In this document: piece by piece, positions 37,696 to 49,214 of the stretch
Layout: every line of letters starts with the position of its first letter
Position numbering within the stretch: position 1 is the first letter of the stretch
Sequence record: OQ828465.1
Strand: one strand, 5' to 3'
Length of the DNA: 64,000 bases
Made by a program: the position numbers and the translations under genes
Notes under the pieces: model-generated
What the model saw: the letters and a program-made list of their open reading frames with translations, nothing else
Told to the model about the DNA's origin: nothing
Database searches by the model: none

Positions 37696-38769
37696 ATGTC
37701 GAATAAGCTCATTGTACTTGATACACGCCACCAAGAAAAAGCAATATACGATTTACTAGGTCAGATGATAGCTTCAGCTTCAATTGATGAAGCGATTGGG
37801 GTGAAATTGAGTAAAGATGTGGCTCAACAGTTTTTACATCTAATGGTTGAAAATATAGTAGAGAGTTTAGTTTCATATAAAACAGCCAAAGACCAGTATA
37901 CCAATCTTAAGATGGCAGCAGCTATTTTTAATTGTGCTGTAACTGACGTAGATAGTAATAAAGCTACTTGGGTAGAAAATCTAATGAAACTACCTTATCT
38001 AGAAACTATCTATCTAGATATCTATAAGCAAGTAGCAAAATATATCGATAGTGGTACATGGATTCAATGGGATGTAGTTAAAGCTGGTTCAGTTATAACT
38101 TTAATTAGTGGTAAAGATTATCGAATCGCGGAATATGATCGTGTCCATGGGATTGATAATGGTGATGATCACGCAGTGGTATCACTTAACCTATTGAACC
38201 CATTAAACTATTTATTTAGTGAATTCCTCCATACATTCTTCCATGGCTTTGACAAAATTAATTTACAAACATTAGGTTATAGTATCTACGAATCTAGGCG
38301 TAGAACTCAGCTAACTCTTGCTAATGGCGGTAGCTATACTTTAAATAAAGACCACATCACTGCTAACCATGCGTATAACATCGCAGTAGAATATATTCAA
38401 GAACAGTTAACTGCATTACTTATTGGCGTGATTGTTAAACAATATAGTAATATTAAAGTATCTTATCTAATACCTAAGGTTAACCATGATTTCTTTGCAA
38501 GTTTAGGACTTGATAATTTATTACTATTTGAAGAGAAATATATTAGCCCTCTAGTTAGTTCTATTAACATGGCATATTTTTCAACCAGAATTGAGCATGA
38601 CGTTAAGTATGAACTAGAGTATCATAGCTATGTAATTTCTGTATACAAGAATAAGAATGCAACTTATCCTATTGAGAAATTAGTATTTGAATATCAACGT
38701 GGTGATTATTTACCTGATGATCAGCGAGCGCAAGCTGAGCGATACATTTTAGAAAATAATCTATACTAA
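37696..38769 (+). CDS. Hypothetical protein
   Basis: 357 aa, GGAG RBS, terminator 38773-38792. Confidence 0.85.
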   Translation: MSNKLIVLDTRHQEKAIYDLLGQMIASASIDEAIGVKLSKDVAQQFLHLMVENIVESLVSYKTAKDQYTNLKMAAAIFNCAVTDVDSNKATWVENLMKLPYLETIYLDIYKQVAKYIDSGTWIQWDVVKAGSVITLISGKDYRIAEYDRVHGIDNGDDHAVVSLNLLNPLNYLFSEFLHTFFHGFDKINLQTLGYSIYESRRRTQLTLANGGSYTLNKDHITANHAYNIAVEYIQEQLTALLIGVIVKQYSNIKVSYLIPKVNHDFFASLGLDNLLLFEEKYISPLVSSINMAYFSTRIEHDVKYELEYHSYVISVYKNKNATYPIEKLVFEYQRGDYLPDDQRAQAERYILENNLY

Positions 38770-38818
38770 ATAAAGCCCTCCTTATGGGGGGCTTTATACC
38801 GATTATAAGGTTTTTATA

Positions 38819-39208
38819 ATGAACATATCTAATGATAAAAACACATCAATGTGTATCAGAATGGAAGTAAGATCTTTTGTACAAGACCAACATTCTGATA
38901 TTTGGAAGTCTATAAAAAATAGTATTGGTGTAGAATATGCATTAACAATTGTACTGGCAGCGGCATCTGAGAGAGCATCAGGTGGCACATCTAATGATGT
39001 CATAGAACTAATTAATCAGATGTTGGGTTATAGAGATATTTGTGATATTGATTTAACAACTTATCTGTATAATTGTTCTAACCGGGTAGTTCTACCATCA
39101 GCTGGTAACATCCAGTTAAATAGGGTTATTTATGATACTGAGAAACCAGAAGATCTATACGTCACCATTACCCACACAACAACCTCGTTTTTTACTAAGA
39201 GCGACTAA
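38819..39208 (+). CDS. Hypothetical protein
   Basis: 129 aa. Confidence 0.7.
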   Translation: MNISNDKNTSMCIRMEVRSFVQDQHSDIWKSIKNSIGVEYALTIVLAAASERASGGTSNDVIELINQMLGYRDICDIDLTTYLYNCSNRVVLPSAGNIQLNRVIYDTEKPEDLYVTITHTTTSFFTKSD

Positions 39209-39584
39209 AAGTAAACTTATTAAAGATGACAACTATCTAAGATTTGTATTAGACTTTTTGGATATTAGTTATATCGAAGCAATGCATTTGCTTGTCGCAT
39301 TGGCAGAACAGAAGCTTATGCAAATGGTTGTTAAAGAAGAAATGTTCTATGAATATGCTAAAGACATTCATTTCATGCATAAACTAATAGAACTTCTTGA
39401 CGAGGGTGCTGAGCAGATCATGCACCTCATTCCAACAAATACTAAGGAACTGTGGTATGAAACAGAAGCACGAGATGGATTGTACATCGGAGGAAGTACA
39501 ACGTCTGGTATATGCATTGCCAATCGAAGTGGTATTCCCACAATTAATCACATTGATAAAGAAATTTACTTACCTAACAAATAA
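39132..39584 (+). CDS. Hypothetical protein (start uncertain)
   Basis: 150-aa ORF overlapping both neighbours. Confidence 0.55.
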   Translation: MILRNQKIYTSPLPTQQPRFLLRATKSKLIKDDNYLRFVLDFLDISYIEAMHLLVALAEQKLMQMVVKEEMFYEYAKDIHFMHKLIELLDEGAEQIMHLIPTNTKELWYETEARDGLYIGGSTTSGICIANRSGIPTINHIDKEIYLPNK

Positions 39585-39915
39585 AGATGAAGCTACTGTC
39601 ATCACCTTATTAACTCAATGGGTTGTTAAGGTGATGTCTAAATTACAACAAGATAATACGGTTATTCCTTTTGTGGATATACCAATACAACTAGGAAATG
39701 GTCCAGATTGGGATGAGTTCATTAATTTGTTCTATACAACTGGAATCCAATTATTACATAGAACACCGAAGAATTTAATAGACTATAAGTTCATTAGAGT
39801 AATAGATAATAAAGTTGTTCTATTAACTATAGTCACTGGTAAAGAGTGGAGTCAATATGCAATTATTGCTAATTTTGAAACCGCGTTCTTTTACGGAAGA
39901 GCTAGGTGTAGATGA
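39475..39915 (+). CDS. Hypothetical protein
   Basis: Likely start MDCTSEEVQ; track start 39397. Confidence 0.65.
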   Translation: MDCTSEEVQRLVYALPIEVVFPQLITLIKKFTYLTNKDEATVITLLTQWVVKVMSKLQQDNTVIPFVDIPIQLGNGPDWDEFINLFYTTGIQLLHRTPKNLIDYKFIRVIDNKVVLLTIVTGKEWSQYAIIANFETAFFYGRARCR

Positions 39916-40291
39916 ACCGACTGACTTTGTACTGTGGTGTATCAATAGACTTCTAGCAGCATATGTAGAATACTTTAACCACTGGCAGAGATTAGATTGG
40001 CCTACCTTTTTAGAGCAATGGTTAGAAGATTACTTAAGCGATACCTATATAGAACCAGATAGACCGATGAGCATGATGGTATTTGATCATCAGGGAAATC
40101 CTAATACTATCAATTGGCACTTAAGATCTGCTGAAATTATCGAAAGGGTATTGGATTTATTTGGAACTGATTTCTTAGAGATAATCCAAAAACAAGTTAT
40201 TCAAGCAGGTAATCTTATTACTAGTCTTAAATGTATAGAAGTAGATAAATATAAGATGGTAACTAAATTAGTTATGAGGTCTCAAACATGA
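39857..40291 (+). CDS. Hypothetical protein
   Basis: 144 aa, ATGA coupling downstream. Confidence 0.7.
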   Translation: MQLLLILKPRSFTEELGVDEPTDFVLWCINRLLAAYVEYFNHWQRLDWPTFLEQWLEDYLSDTYIEPDRPMSMMVFDHQGNPNTINWHLRSAEIIERVLDLFGTDFLEIIQKQVIQAGNLITSLKCIEVDKYKMVTKLVMRSQT

Positions 40292-40824
40292 TGCATCCAC
40301 TTCTTTATAGACAACAAGAAATGCAGCGGATAAATGATGCTAATAACATAACTCCAGGCCAACAAGGAATGACGAGTTTCGTAGTTATTAACATCAGTGA
40401 TATCTGGCCCATTGTTAATAAAATGGCTGATGTAGTTGTCAATAAGTCTTACAATACTCCTTACCCATATACTGAACACCAATCTATAGAACAGTTATGG
40501 TATCAGGCGATTAATGCATATATTGAATTTCTAGCACAACAGCCTACTCAACCAATTATAGGGGTTGACTATTATTTACAAGAATACTTTCCATCAGTAG
40601 CGCCTGTGATTATGCAAGATAAATATGCATTGAGTATTCTTAATATGTGGTTTGCAGCTGTGTGTAAAACACTGGCTAGTAAACTACAATCTGAAATAGC
40701 GTATCTTTATCAGAATGGATATGGTGTAGAAAGAATCCAATCAATAGCAGTTGATCAACATAATCAAGGTTATATTCTAGAAGGTGAAGACTTTGGTATG
40801 GACTGCTACAATGATGTGGATTAA
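40288..40824 (+). CDS. Hypothetical protein (gp47 position; possibly a nuclear-import factor)
   Basis: 178 aa; numbering counted back from gp50. Confidence 0.7.
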   Translation: MMHPLLYRQQEMQRINDANNITPGQQGMTSFVVINISDIWPIVNKMADVVVNKSYNTPYPYTEHQSIEQLWYQAINAYIEFLAQQPTQPIIGVDYYLQEYFPSVAPVIMQDKYALSILNMWFAAVCKTLASKLQSEIAYLYQNGYGVERIQSIAVDQHNQGYILEGEDFGMDCYNDVD

Positions 40825-40896
40825 GTGACACATATTAACAATTGACGTAAATAGGAAAGCCTATCGGTTCACATAGGCTTCCTACTAGGAACCGAT

Positions 40897-41280
40897 ATGG
40901 AAAAACGAGTATTTATCGTATTTAAATCTAAAGAGTCAGAAATATATTCGCAACATTTGCTTCGTGAATATACAAAACGAATGATATATCCAGATTGTCC
41001 AACACCACTTGATTTATTTGAAGAATCACGTAAGTTAAGTTATATGGATACGCTTAATAATGACATATATATCCATATGCTGATGTATGGACATGACTCA
41101 TTTGATGATCCTGACGAAGATATTGAGTTAGAGAATTATTCTACTAAAGGATATGTTATTGAATATTGTACCGACTTTATCAATAGCTTTAAAGAAAAAT
41201 ATCCAAATGGACATGTATTAATTACAGTGCCAATGGATACAAAAGGTCTGTTTGGTGTAGTTGTATTACTAGATGAGTAA
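40897..41280 (+). CDS. Hypothetical protein (gp48 position)
   Basis: 127 aa, AGGA RBS. Confidence 0.7.
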   Translation: MEKRVFIVFKSKESEIYSQHLLREYTKRMIYPDCPTPLDLFEESRKLSYMDTLNNDIYIHMLMYGHDSFDDPDEDIELENYSTKGYVIEYCTDFINSFKEKYPNGHVLITVPMDTKGLFGVVVLLDE

Positions 41281-41305
41281 TACCCTATGTAACCAACTAT
41301 TTTAG

Positions 41306-41731
<426 letters not shown>

Positions 41732-41931
41732 CTATAAAGGAGCCATTATGGCTCCTTTTATGTTGTATTATTTTTACTTGCTTACATCATCTAATGTGAA
41801 TGTAAGTTGATGTGCTACCTCTCAATTTAGGGTGCCCGTATAGGGTACCCATTCTTTCCTTTTCTTTTTTAGTTAAAGAGAGAGAAATCATTCACTATAA
41901 TTAAAAATAAGTATACTGAGAGATATGTGAA

Positions 41932-44127
41932 ATGACCGCATTTGCCCAACCAAATCCGTTTTTAAAAGATGTCAATGATTACCATCGTGATATTGATATC
42001 ATTAATGCATGTCTTGATGATAATGCCAAATATCTTCAATTAATGACAAAAGATGAATTAAATATTAGTTTAGAAGAATGTAAAGAATTTGTTAAAGAAC
42101 AATTACGTCAAAATGGCGAATATGCACTTCGTAATCCATTAGCAACTATTCTAGATAAAAATAAGTTTGGTGATAGGGAATTAAAGACGGTTTCATTTAT
42201 GGCTTTTCTTAACCGTGTTAAGAAACAGAATCTATTATTATCTCCATCAATGACCGCATATTTACCAGAGTCTGTTAGACAGTCTACGCACTCCATCTAT
42301 ATTGCCGAAGGTGTGAAAAACCGTAAGCGTGTTAAAGGTGAACAGATGCAGGCTGAACGTGAAGCAGCTGCTTTCCTACAGGCCGGCGATAAAGAGAATT
42401 CACAAATTAAAACAGAACTTGCACAAGTACGTAAAGGCGAGCAAGAAAACTTCAAAATTAACAATAACTCATATTCAGGCGGTACTGTATCTGCTGCCAC
42501 TATTCTTTATTATAAGTCCACACACTCTAGTTTAACATCTACCTGTAGAACTGGTACCTCTTATGCTAACTCAAATAATGAAAAATTCATTATGGGTAAT
42601 AGGCATTATTATACTCCAGAAATCACAAAAGCTAATTTAGTAAACACTATTAATGTAGCTGATATGGAGTTAATTCAAAAAGCAGTAACTAATTTTAATC
42701 TACATTGCCCAACGCCAGAAGAAGTAGTTGATATGGTTCTTTATTCAACTAAACACTATTGGCAAAATAAGTACTACACGGCGCAGATTTTAAAACTAGC
42801 TACTGGGATGACACCAGTCGAACGAGCAGCAGTTATGTACGTAGGTGATCTATATCACTTATATAAATACAATAAAGAATTAATCAAGAGCTTTCTAATT
42901 AAATTAAGCCAGGTTGGAACAAAAGAACAAATCATCACTGAAGAAGAATATTCAACTTATGATGGTGATATGGATCTATTGGCTAGCTTTATTTGCTTTG
43001 ATACTGTTAAAGGTCGATCTAAAGCTAAACTAAAAGAGTCAGATCCAGATACATTAAACCAAGTTTATGCCACTGGTCGAAATATCGCTGAAACTCTTAA
43101 TGAATATCGTCTATTGATTGAAGCTTTCTTCTTGACTAAATGTGTACCATCAAGCATTCATGCTTTTCCAACTGTGTATAGACGAGCTGCTGTTATTTCA
43201 GATACTGACTCCACTATGTTTACATTACAATGGTGGGTTGAGGAATTCTTTGGTAAAGTAACTTTTAGCAATGAAGCTAAGCGACTAGTATTCGCACTAG
43301 TGTTTCTAGTGTCTGAAGTAGTTATGCATATCTTGGCGATTCAATCCGCTAATATGGGTGTATCTAAAGATAAGCTTCGTCTATTTGCAATGAAGAACGA
43401 ATATTATTTCGCAGTACTGGCCTTAACTACTCGTTCTAAACATTACTTTGCATCACAGGATGCCCAAGAAGGGGTAATGTTTAATGAGTCACGAATGGAG
43501 ATCAAGGGTGTAGGACTAAGGGATAGTAAAGTACCTAAGAAGATTAATAGTCGTGCTAAAACACTCATGGAAGATATCATTAAAACTGTAAAGACTGAAG
43601 AGAAAATCGACTTGGCTTCAATTCTAAAAGAAGTTGGTGATATCGAAAGAGAAATTATTGAGTCTGTTAGAAGTGGTAAAGCTGAGTATCTGACAAGTGG
43701 TCAAACTAAACGACCTGAGTCTTATAAATCTGAAGATAACTCAACCCATAAAAAGGGATTAGTGTGGAAGACTGTATTTGCTCCATCATTTGGTGACGCT
43801 GGTGATCCACCTTATTCACATGTAAAGATCTCAGTTACTCTTAATAATAAAACTGCGATCAAAGAATGGATTGATGGTATCGAAGATAAGAAATTAGCTG
43901 CTCGTATTCAAGCATGGGTTACTGAAGAAAATAAAACCAGTATTGGTGATTTCCATATCCCGAGTACAGTAGTAGAAACTGGTCGTATTCCAGAAGTTAT
44001 TACGCGTGTTGCTGACGTTAGAACTATCATTGGAAACACTATGGGTGTATTCTATCTAACCTTAGAGTCCCTAGGTATTTTCCTTATTGATAAAAATAAC
44101 GATCGACTCATCTCTGACTTCTATTAA
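41932..44127 (+). CDS. Family B DNA polymerase, polymerase-domain subunit (gp50)
   Basis: KGEQENFKINNNSYSG (motif B), AVISDTDS (motif C), MKNEYYF, EIKGVG; lacks N-terminal exonuclease (split polymerase). Confidence 0.9.
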   Translation: MTAFAQPNPFLKDVNDYHRDIDIINACLDDNAKYLQLMTKDELNISLEECKEFVKEQLRQNGEYALRNPLATILDKNKFGDRELKTVSFMAFLNRVKKQNLLLSPSMTAYLPESVRQSTHSIYIAEGVKNRKRVKGEQMQAEREAAAFLQAGDKENSQIKTELAQVRKGEQENFKINNNSYSGGTVSAATILYYKSTHSSLTSTCRTGTSYANSNNEKFIMGNRHYYTPEITKANLVNTINVADMELIQKAVTNFNLHCPTPEEVVDMVLYSTKHYWQNKYYTAQILKLATGMTPVERAAVMYVGDLYHLYKYNKELIKSFLIKLSQVGTKEQIITEEEYSTYDGDMDLLASFICFDTVKGRSKAKLKESDPDTLNQVYATGRNIAETLNEYRLLIEAFFLTKCVPSSIHAFPTVYRRAAVISDTDSTMFTLQWWVEEFFGKVTFSNEAKRLVFALVFLVSEVVMHILAIQSANMGVSKDKLRLFAMKNEYYFAVLALTTRSKHYFASQDAQEGVMFNESRMEIKGVGLRDSKVPKKINSRAKTLMEDIIKTVKTEEKIDLASILKEVGDIEREIIESVRSGKAEYLTSGQTKRPESYKSEDNSTHKKGLVWKTVFAPSFGDAGDPPYSHVKISVTLNNKTAIKEWIDGIEDKKLAARIQAWVTEENKTSIGDFHIPSTVVETGRIPEVITRVADVRTIIGNTMGVFYLTLESLGIFLIDKNNDRLISDFY

Positions 44128-44225
44128 GAAATATAGCCTCCCCTAGTGGGAGGCTTATATACTAAAAAATAATTAAGATTTATATAGTCTGATTGCCAAT
44201 TACTAACTTAATATGGTTCAATATA

Positions 44226-44402
44226 ATGACAAATCATACCGAATTTAATTTTGACTTAGATCGGATGAAGAAGGCAATTAACAGTGGTACTATCACATTA
44301 CCAACCGCTCCACCTGGGTTAACTCGTGAAGAAAAACGAGCATTTATCCGAAGTTATATTAAAGACAAATTAAAAGAGGTAACTAATGATGAAAGAGAAT
44401 AA
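44226..44402 (+). CDS. Small hypothetical protein
   Basis: MTNHTEFNFDLDRMKKAI...; track start 44193. Confidence 0.55.
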   Translation: MTNHTEFNFDLDRMKKAINSGTITLPTAPPGLTREEKRAFIRSYIKDKLKEVTNDERE

Positions 44403-45108
44403 AGAAGTCCGCGTAATTACCTGGAATGATTATAGTAAATTAGTAAATGATAATCGTATTAGGATCCATGGATTAGCACCTGATGATTCCACCAAAGCAA
44501 CAGCCTATGTTCTTTTGGATGACGGTAGTGAAGAATTAGTATATGTAACTTATACCAACGAATTAAAAGAAGTTGATGTTACTACTGAAACAACTGCAAT
44601 TACTAGTGATAAAAGTTCACTAGATGATGTTCAACCAATTGGTTTAATTACCTCTAGTAACGAACCACCAAAGTTAATGAGTCTAAATGACTATATTGAT
44701 GAATTCAATTGGCACTCAAGTGCTGACAACGATTACAATAATGTCTCACTTGAATTAATGTTAAATACCCATCATACAACTCTTTGGGAATGTGATAATA
44801 TCCTGGTAAAAGACGTAACTATTAAACAAGCTCTTAAAGAAGGTGTTGATAAACAACTTATTAATACCGATAGTTCATTTGATGAACTAGTTACTCATCT
44901 AAGATTGACTGCTAAAGCTATTATGGACCCATTAGATGAAATGGATAATGGAGTTAAAAGCAGTGACCAAGCTGTAGTTGATCAATTACTAAATCATGAC
45001 CGCAAGCCAGGTAAGTTTAGTAATAAAATGCTATTACCAGCTATTCCAGGAATTAACCGAGCTGAACGTAGAAAATTACTTTCTAAAATGAAGAAAGGTA
45101 ATTTCTAA
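44386..45108 (+). CDS. Hypothetical protein (gp51-like)
   Basis: 240 aa acidic, basic NRAERR tail; terminator 45123-45146. Confidence 0.8.
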   Translation: MMKENKEVRVITWNDYSKLVNDNRIRIHGLAPDDSTKATAYVLLDDGSEELVYVTYTNELKEVDVTTETTAITSDKSSLDDVQPIGLITSSNEPPKLMSLNDYIDEFNWHSSADNDYNNVSLELMLNTHHTTLWECDNILVKDVTIKQALKEGVDKQLINTDSSFDELVTHLRLTAKAIMDPLDEMDNGVKSSDQAVVDQLLNHDRKPGKFSNKMLLPAIPGINRAERRKLLSKMKKGNF

Positions 45109-45151
45109 TAAAACGGCATATAACCCCCTCCAATTTAGGAGGGGGTTTATG

Positions 45152-46243
45152 TCACATTTCTTTTCTTTTAAGTGCATCTATCATCCAATCAACTTGTGCC
45201 TGTTGAGCTTTTACAAACTCGCTATTTGCTTGTTGCTTAAATGCTTGATCATTAGATGCTTCTATAAGATCAATTAATACAGCGTTAACAGAAGATTGAT
45301 CATAACCAGTGTTCTTTAAAAGCTGTCCTACAAGATACTTAATGAAGGGTGTGCGAGCCAATACATAAGCCCATTCATTATTCCTATTAATAGGTTCTCG
45401 TGGGAGTCGCATCATATCGAACAAATTAGATTGTACGATAGCTGGTGTTATCCATGATAAACCTTCCATGTCTACACCCTTTAATATGGATTCTCTATTG
45501 ATAGTTGTACATAGTTTATCAATACGTGGATTCATATCAGTGATGTAAAATGGATGCGGTATAGGGAATGTTGGATTTTTAATATCTAAAGCATTCCTTG
45601 CTAACCTGTTAAAGAAAGAAATATCTAAATAAGAGTCAACCATATTTGGCAATACAAATGATCCTATAAACCTATATGTATCTTCAACTTCATCAGGATT
45701 CTTCTCAACTTGCCATCGATACCAGTAACGGTACATCACAAGAAGCATTGGTATATTTACTAGAGTTACACCATAGCCTCTACCCTGCGTGGTATTGTTC
45801 ATGATAGGTAAATTAGTATCAGTACGTGTATGATACAGATACGTAACAGGGGAAAGTTTATACCATGTTTTATTTAGATCTTTTAGATCAAAGCTCTCTG
45901 ATGTGGATACTAAAACTTCTTCAGTCTGAGGGCCAAGTGTAACACCACCTACATGAACCTTACCTTTATTTAAAGATGATGTAATACCAAATGAACGAAT
46001 AATAGCACGTGAACGATCGTCCACGTTCTTTATAAAAGTAGCATCATCACTTAGTAACTCTACGTTAAAATGTCGAATCATTTGTGCTAATATGTTTTTA
46101 GATTCAACATACTTCGGTGCCCGTCTATAATAACTTTTAACGTCCCTAATTTGCTCAGCGTAGATTCGTCGGATATAATGGATGTTAGGATCAACCACCT
46201 GCCCCAATTTACGTGACGGAGCATTCTTAAATAAATTATACAT
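45152..46243 (-). CDS. Conserved virion structural protein (gp52-like)
   Basis: 363 aa core jumbo-phage gene just upstream of chimallin locus. Confidence 0.7.
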   Translation of the reverse strand: MYNLFKNAPSRKLGQVVDPNIHYIRRIYAEQIRDVKSYYRRAPKYVESKNILAQMIRHFNVELLSDDATFIKNVDDRSRAIIRSFGITSSLNKGKVHVGGVTLGPQTEEVLVSTSESFDLKDLNKTWYKLSPVTYLYHTRTDTNLPIMNNTTQGRGYGVTLVNIPMLLVMYRYWYRWQVEKNPDEVEDTYRFIGSFVLPNMVDSYLDISFFNRLARNALDIKNPTFPIPHPFYITDMNPRIDKLCTTINRESILKGVDMEGLSWITPAIVQSNLFDMMRLPREPINRNNEWAYVLARTPFIKYLVGQLLKNTGYDQSSVNAVLIDLIEASNDQAFKQQANSEFVKAQQAQVDWMIDALKRKEM

Positions 46244-46324
46244 GGTTATTATCCGATTAAAAATTAATTGAGATCTATATCATAGTTTGGTAACAACAGT
46301 AGTAATTACAAATAGGAATATACA

Positions 46325-46690
46325 ATGGCTAAAAATAATGTTGAAGATCCGCCACTATATTTAGGTAATAACAAAGATCTTACTGTATACATGACTAGCA
46401 AAGAAATTGTAGTAAACTTTTTCAATGTCGAGCGTAGGATTAAGATAGATCCTAATGATCCCAATCCATTAGCAACTGCTACTAAACTCCATGAGGAATT
46501 AATAAAGGTATTAGTCGCATATCGATTTGGTAGTGTAGTTAAAGTAAATGAAACATCTGCTTCGGCACATTCACCATTTATTGCTAAATTTGATACAACT
46601 GATAATAATAAAGTTGATCCAGTTAGTAAACTATACAAACTGTATCATTCTCTTTTTGGAACAGTTCGTAAGTATATGCGAAGTAAATGA
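46325..46690 (+). CDS. Hypothetical protein (gp53-like)
   Basis: 121 aa behind AGATCTATATCAT (46271-46283). Confidence 0.75.
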   Translation: MAKNNVEDPPLYLGNNKDLTVYMTSKEIVVNFFNVERRIKIDPNDPNPLATATKLHEELIKVLVAYRFGSVVKVNETSASAHSPFIAKFDTTDNNKVDPVSKLYKLYHSLFGTVRKYMRSK

Positions 46691-46915
46691 TAACTGCATT
46701 TTATAAAAATACTGATAGTTATTATTTAATACAGGACTGACGTAAATTAGTTTCTGGATTCAAACTTTATACCCATAAACTCAAAAAAGAAGATATGGAA
46801 ATTGTAAGATGAAAAATAAATAATACTCAGATTGTAATAATATGTAGTGAACATAGTGTTCGTTACGATCTGCTGATAGCAGATTATAGCGTCTATGTTG
46901 TAATGAAAAAAATTT

Positions 46916-46929
46916 GAGATTTATATTAC
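46916..46929 (+). promoter_or_regulatory. Early promoter of chmA
   Basis: GAGATTTATATTAC. Confidence 0.75.
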
Positions 46930-47001
46930 TAAATTGAATCTAGTATACTAAGTACTTAGGTTCTTCTTGATCAAGAAACCATAATCGTAAAGGTATTTAA
47001 A

Positions 47002-48882
47002 ATGGCTGTTAACGAAAACGAAATCGGCACCGTTCAAACTCAAGCTACCACTCCGGCTCCGCAACCCACTGCACAGCGTCAAGCTCAACGTCCTGCTGGC
47101 GCACCTGGGTCAACTACTGGCATTAACCATCTAATGCGTCGCTCTGGGCGGCTAGATGGTTCTGATGCTCGTTCAGCAGATGCCCTACAAGTATTCACTA
47201 AAGTAAAAGAAGAAGCAATCCGCCATCAGGACCTACCTGATGATTTCGATATCCATCGTTTCGATCGCGATGCGCAACAAGTTGGTATGGCTGGTCTACT
47301 AATTGTTAAACTAGCTAAAGATATCAATGGTTCCATGAAGGCATTCGTTCGTACACTAGTACTCGATAACCTACCTGGTACTCGCATCCGTCCCCGTACC
47401 CACAAGATCAACAATGGTCTAACTGACGACATCATTGAAGAGAAGGTACTACCGCGTGATGTATTCACTGCTCAATACTGGAGCAAGATCGGCGAATTCC
47501 TACGGAACCGTTACAACATCCCTGGTCTAGAAGTACTATCTGCCGGTCCCCGTGCAGTGTATGCTGACTTCGACTTCAAAGATGAACTAGCTGTTAAGAA
47601 CCTACTAGTTGAATCTGTTAATATCTGTGAAGATGCTATCGCACGTCGTAACAATGAGACTCCGTTCTCTATTGCGACCCACATCAAAGCAGAAAACGAA
47701 CAGCTTACCTGCAACCTAGACTACAATGGTATTCCGGTTAAAGATAGCTGCGGTAATCCGATTCGTTCTGACCTGGTTATCTCCACTAGCCGTGGTAAGA
47801 AAACCAACGTGCCTGAGAACGAGTTCTATGATACCGATAGCCAGCTAAACCAAGTTAGTCTATTCGTAGATCTACATTGGACTCCGACCACTGGCCAGCA
47901 ACAAGGTATGTTTGGCGTAACTCTACCTGGTGCAGCTCTACCTCCGCAGTTCACTCCTTACATCGTTATCACTGACGTTCGTAAGGCATCCTGGATCCAA
48001 GCATGGACTCTAGAAATGTGGCTGTTCGCACTCGGTAATGCGTATCGTGCAACTGCATCCCAGGCATGGGCTCGTACCCTAATGCCGAAGATCGCTACTA
48101 GCAAGATGCGTGATATTGGTGCACTTGGTTATTACTCAGAGCTAGGTAAAGCGATTGAAACTCGCACCGAAGCATTCATGGCAGACGACAGCAACTTCGT
48201 AATGCTAATGAACAAGATGGTTAACCAGAACCCTGCATTCCAGATCGATATCGATCCGATGGGTGACAACTCTGCTCTTGAGCAAGTAGTCCTAGATGCA
48301 GCTGGTGGCGTAAACCAAGCTCGTGCAGTTAGCCTGATCTTCCAAGCTCTAACTAACCTATATGGCACTGATTTCCGTCAGTTCTATAACCTAGCTGAAG
48401 CTGGTCCGATCATCTTTGACAACCATCATGAAGTAGACCTCGGTCACTACACTGATGAGCATGGCGAACTAAGTGACCGTCGTGATCTTGACGTTCTAGG
48501 TGCCATGAACATGTCTGAAGGTAACGATCAAGAGTGGAAGACCTGGTATGCTACTCAAGTAGGTAATGACCACATTGTGCGTCGTATGAATAACAGTAAA
48601 GGCTTCGACAAGATGTACCTAGGTAACGTTACCTATACTGGTCGTGCTCGTCGTCTAACCTTTAACCCGAAATTCATCACCGCAATGGATGCCGCAGCAG
48701 CAGCAGCTGGTGTAACTGTAACCATGGAAAACCTAATTACCAACTTCGGTCAACAGCGCTTCGCTGGTTACACCGGTATGGGTAACATGGCTGTTTCTGG
48801 TAGTGCACAAGTTGGCATGGCTGGCAGCATGGGTCAAACTTACGGCGCTCCTTCCTATAATGCACCGGGTACCTGGTACTAA
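47002..48882 (+). CDS. chmA: Chimallin, phage nucleus shell protein (gp54)
   Basis: 626 aa, [12 protein letters not shown] start, immediately upstream of nvRNAP beta'; highly biased codon usage; G/M-rich C-terminal segments. Confidence 0.92.
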   Translation: MAVNENEIGTVQTQATTPAPQPTAQRQAQRPAGAPGSTTGINHLMRRSGRLDGSDARSADALQVFTKVKEEAIRHQDLPDDFDIHRFDRDAQQVGMAGLLIVKLAKDINGSMKAFVRTLVLDNLPGTRIRPRTHKINNGLTDDIIEEKVLPRDVFTAQYWSKIGEFLRNRYNIPGLEVLSAGPRAVYADFDFKDELAVKNLLVESVNICEDAIARRNNETPFSIATHIKAENEQLTCNLDYNGIPVKDSCGNPIRSDLVISTSRGKKTNVPENEFYDTDSQLNQVSLFVDLHWTPTTGQQQGMFGVTLPGAALPPQFTPYIVITDVRKASWIQAWTLEMWLFALGNAYRATASQAWARTLMPKIATSKMRDIGALGYYSELGKAIETRTEAFMADDSNFVMLMNKMVNQNPAFQIDIDPMGDNSALEQVVLDAAGGVNQARAVSLIFQALTNLYGTDFRQFYNLAEAGPIIFDNHHEVDLGHYTDEHGELSDRRDLDVLGAMNMSEGNDQEWKTWYATQVGNDHIVRRMNNSKGFDKMYLGNVTYTGRARRLTFNPKFITAMDAAAAAAGVTVTMENLITNFGQQRFAGYTGMGNMAVSGSAQVGMAGSMGQTYGAPSYNAPGTWY

Positions 48883-48899
48883 TAGGAAATACCTCGGTA

Positions 48900-49205
48900 G
48901 ATAGGGATGTTAAATAAGTAACATCCCGATTCTAATACTGCGACCCTGGTTCACTTCGGTGATAACGGTTAGGAGTAGGTTCCGTGAAGTAATCGACTAG
49001 TGGACTTAGTCTAGGTCGACCTATCACTACACGAGGATGATAGATCACTTAACCGAAAGGAGTTACTCAAAAGGTAACGTGTGATCAAAAACTACAATGG
49101 ATGGTAAATGAGACTAGTGCCGGTATGCTACAAAGAAGAGCGGAGGTTAAGCTTTGTAGATGACGCTAGGCTCGGGCCAGGCTCCGTTGGTGGTCCATTG
49201 TAAAA
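48900..49205 (+). ncRNA. Candidate structured non-coding RNA downstream of chmA
   Basis: No ORF; many helices with UUCG and GAAA tetraloops; possible pseudoknot; followed by terminator. Confidence 0.6.
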
Positions 49206-49214
49206 ACTGATATA

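Noticed and set aside
39132-39915. Large overlap suggesting a programmed frameshift
   Set aside because: No slippery heptamer or stimulatory structure seen; a later start (39475) explains most of the overlap
41932-44127. Possible intein or intron in the DNA polymerase
   Set aside because: Continuous ORF with no intein C1/HN-C motifs; short length is explained by the split PolB architecture
48900-49205. tRNA, tmRNA or hammerhead identity for the post-chmA element
   Set aside because: No T-loop GTTCRA/CCA end, tag ORF or CUGAUGA...GAAA core found; left as an unclassified structured RNA
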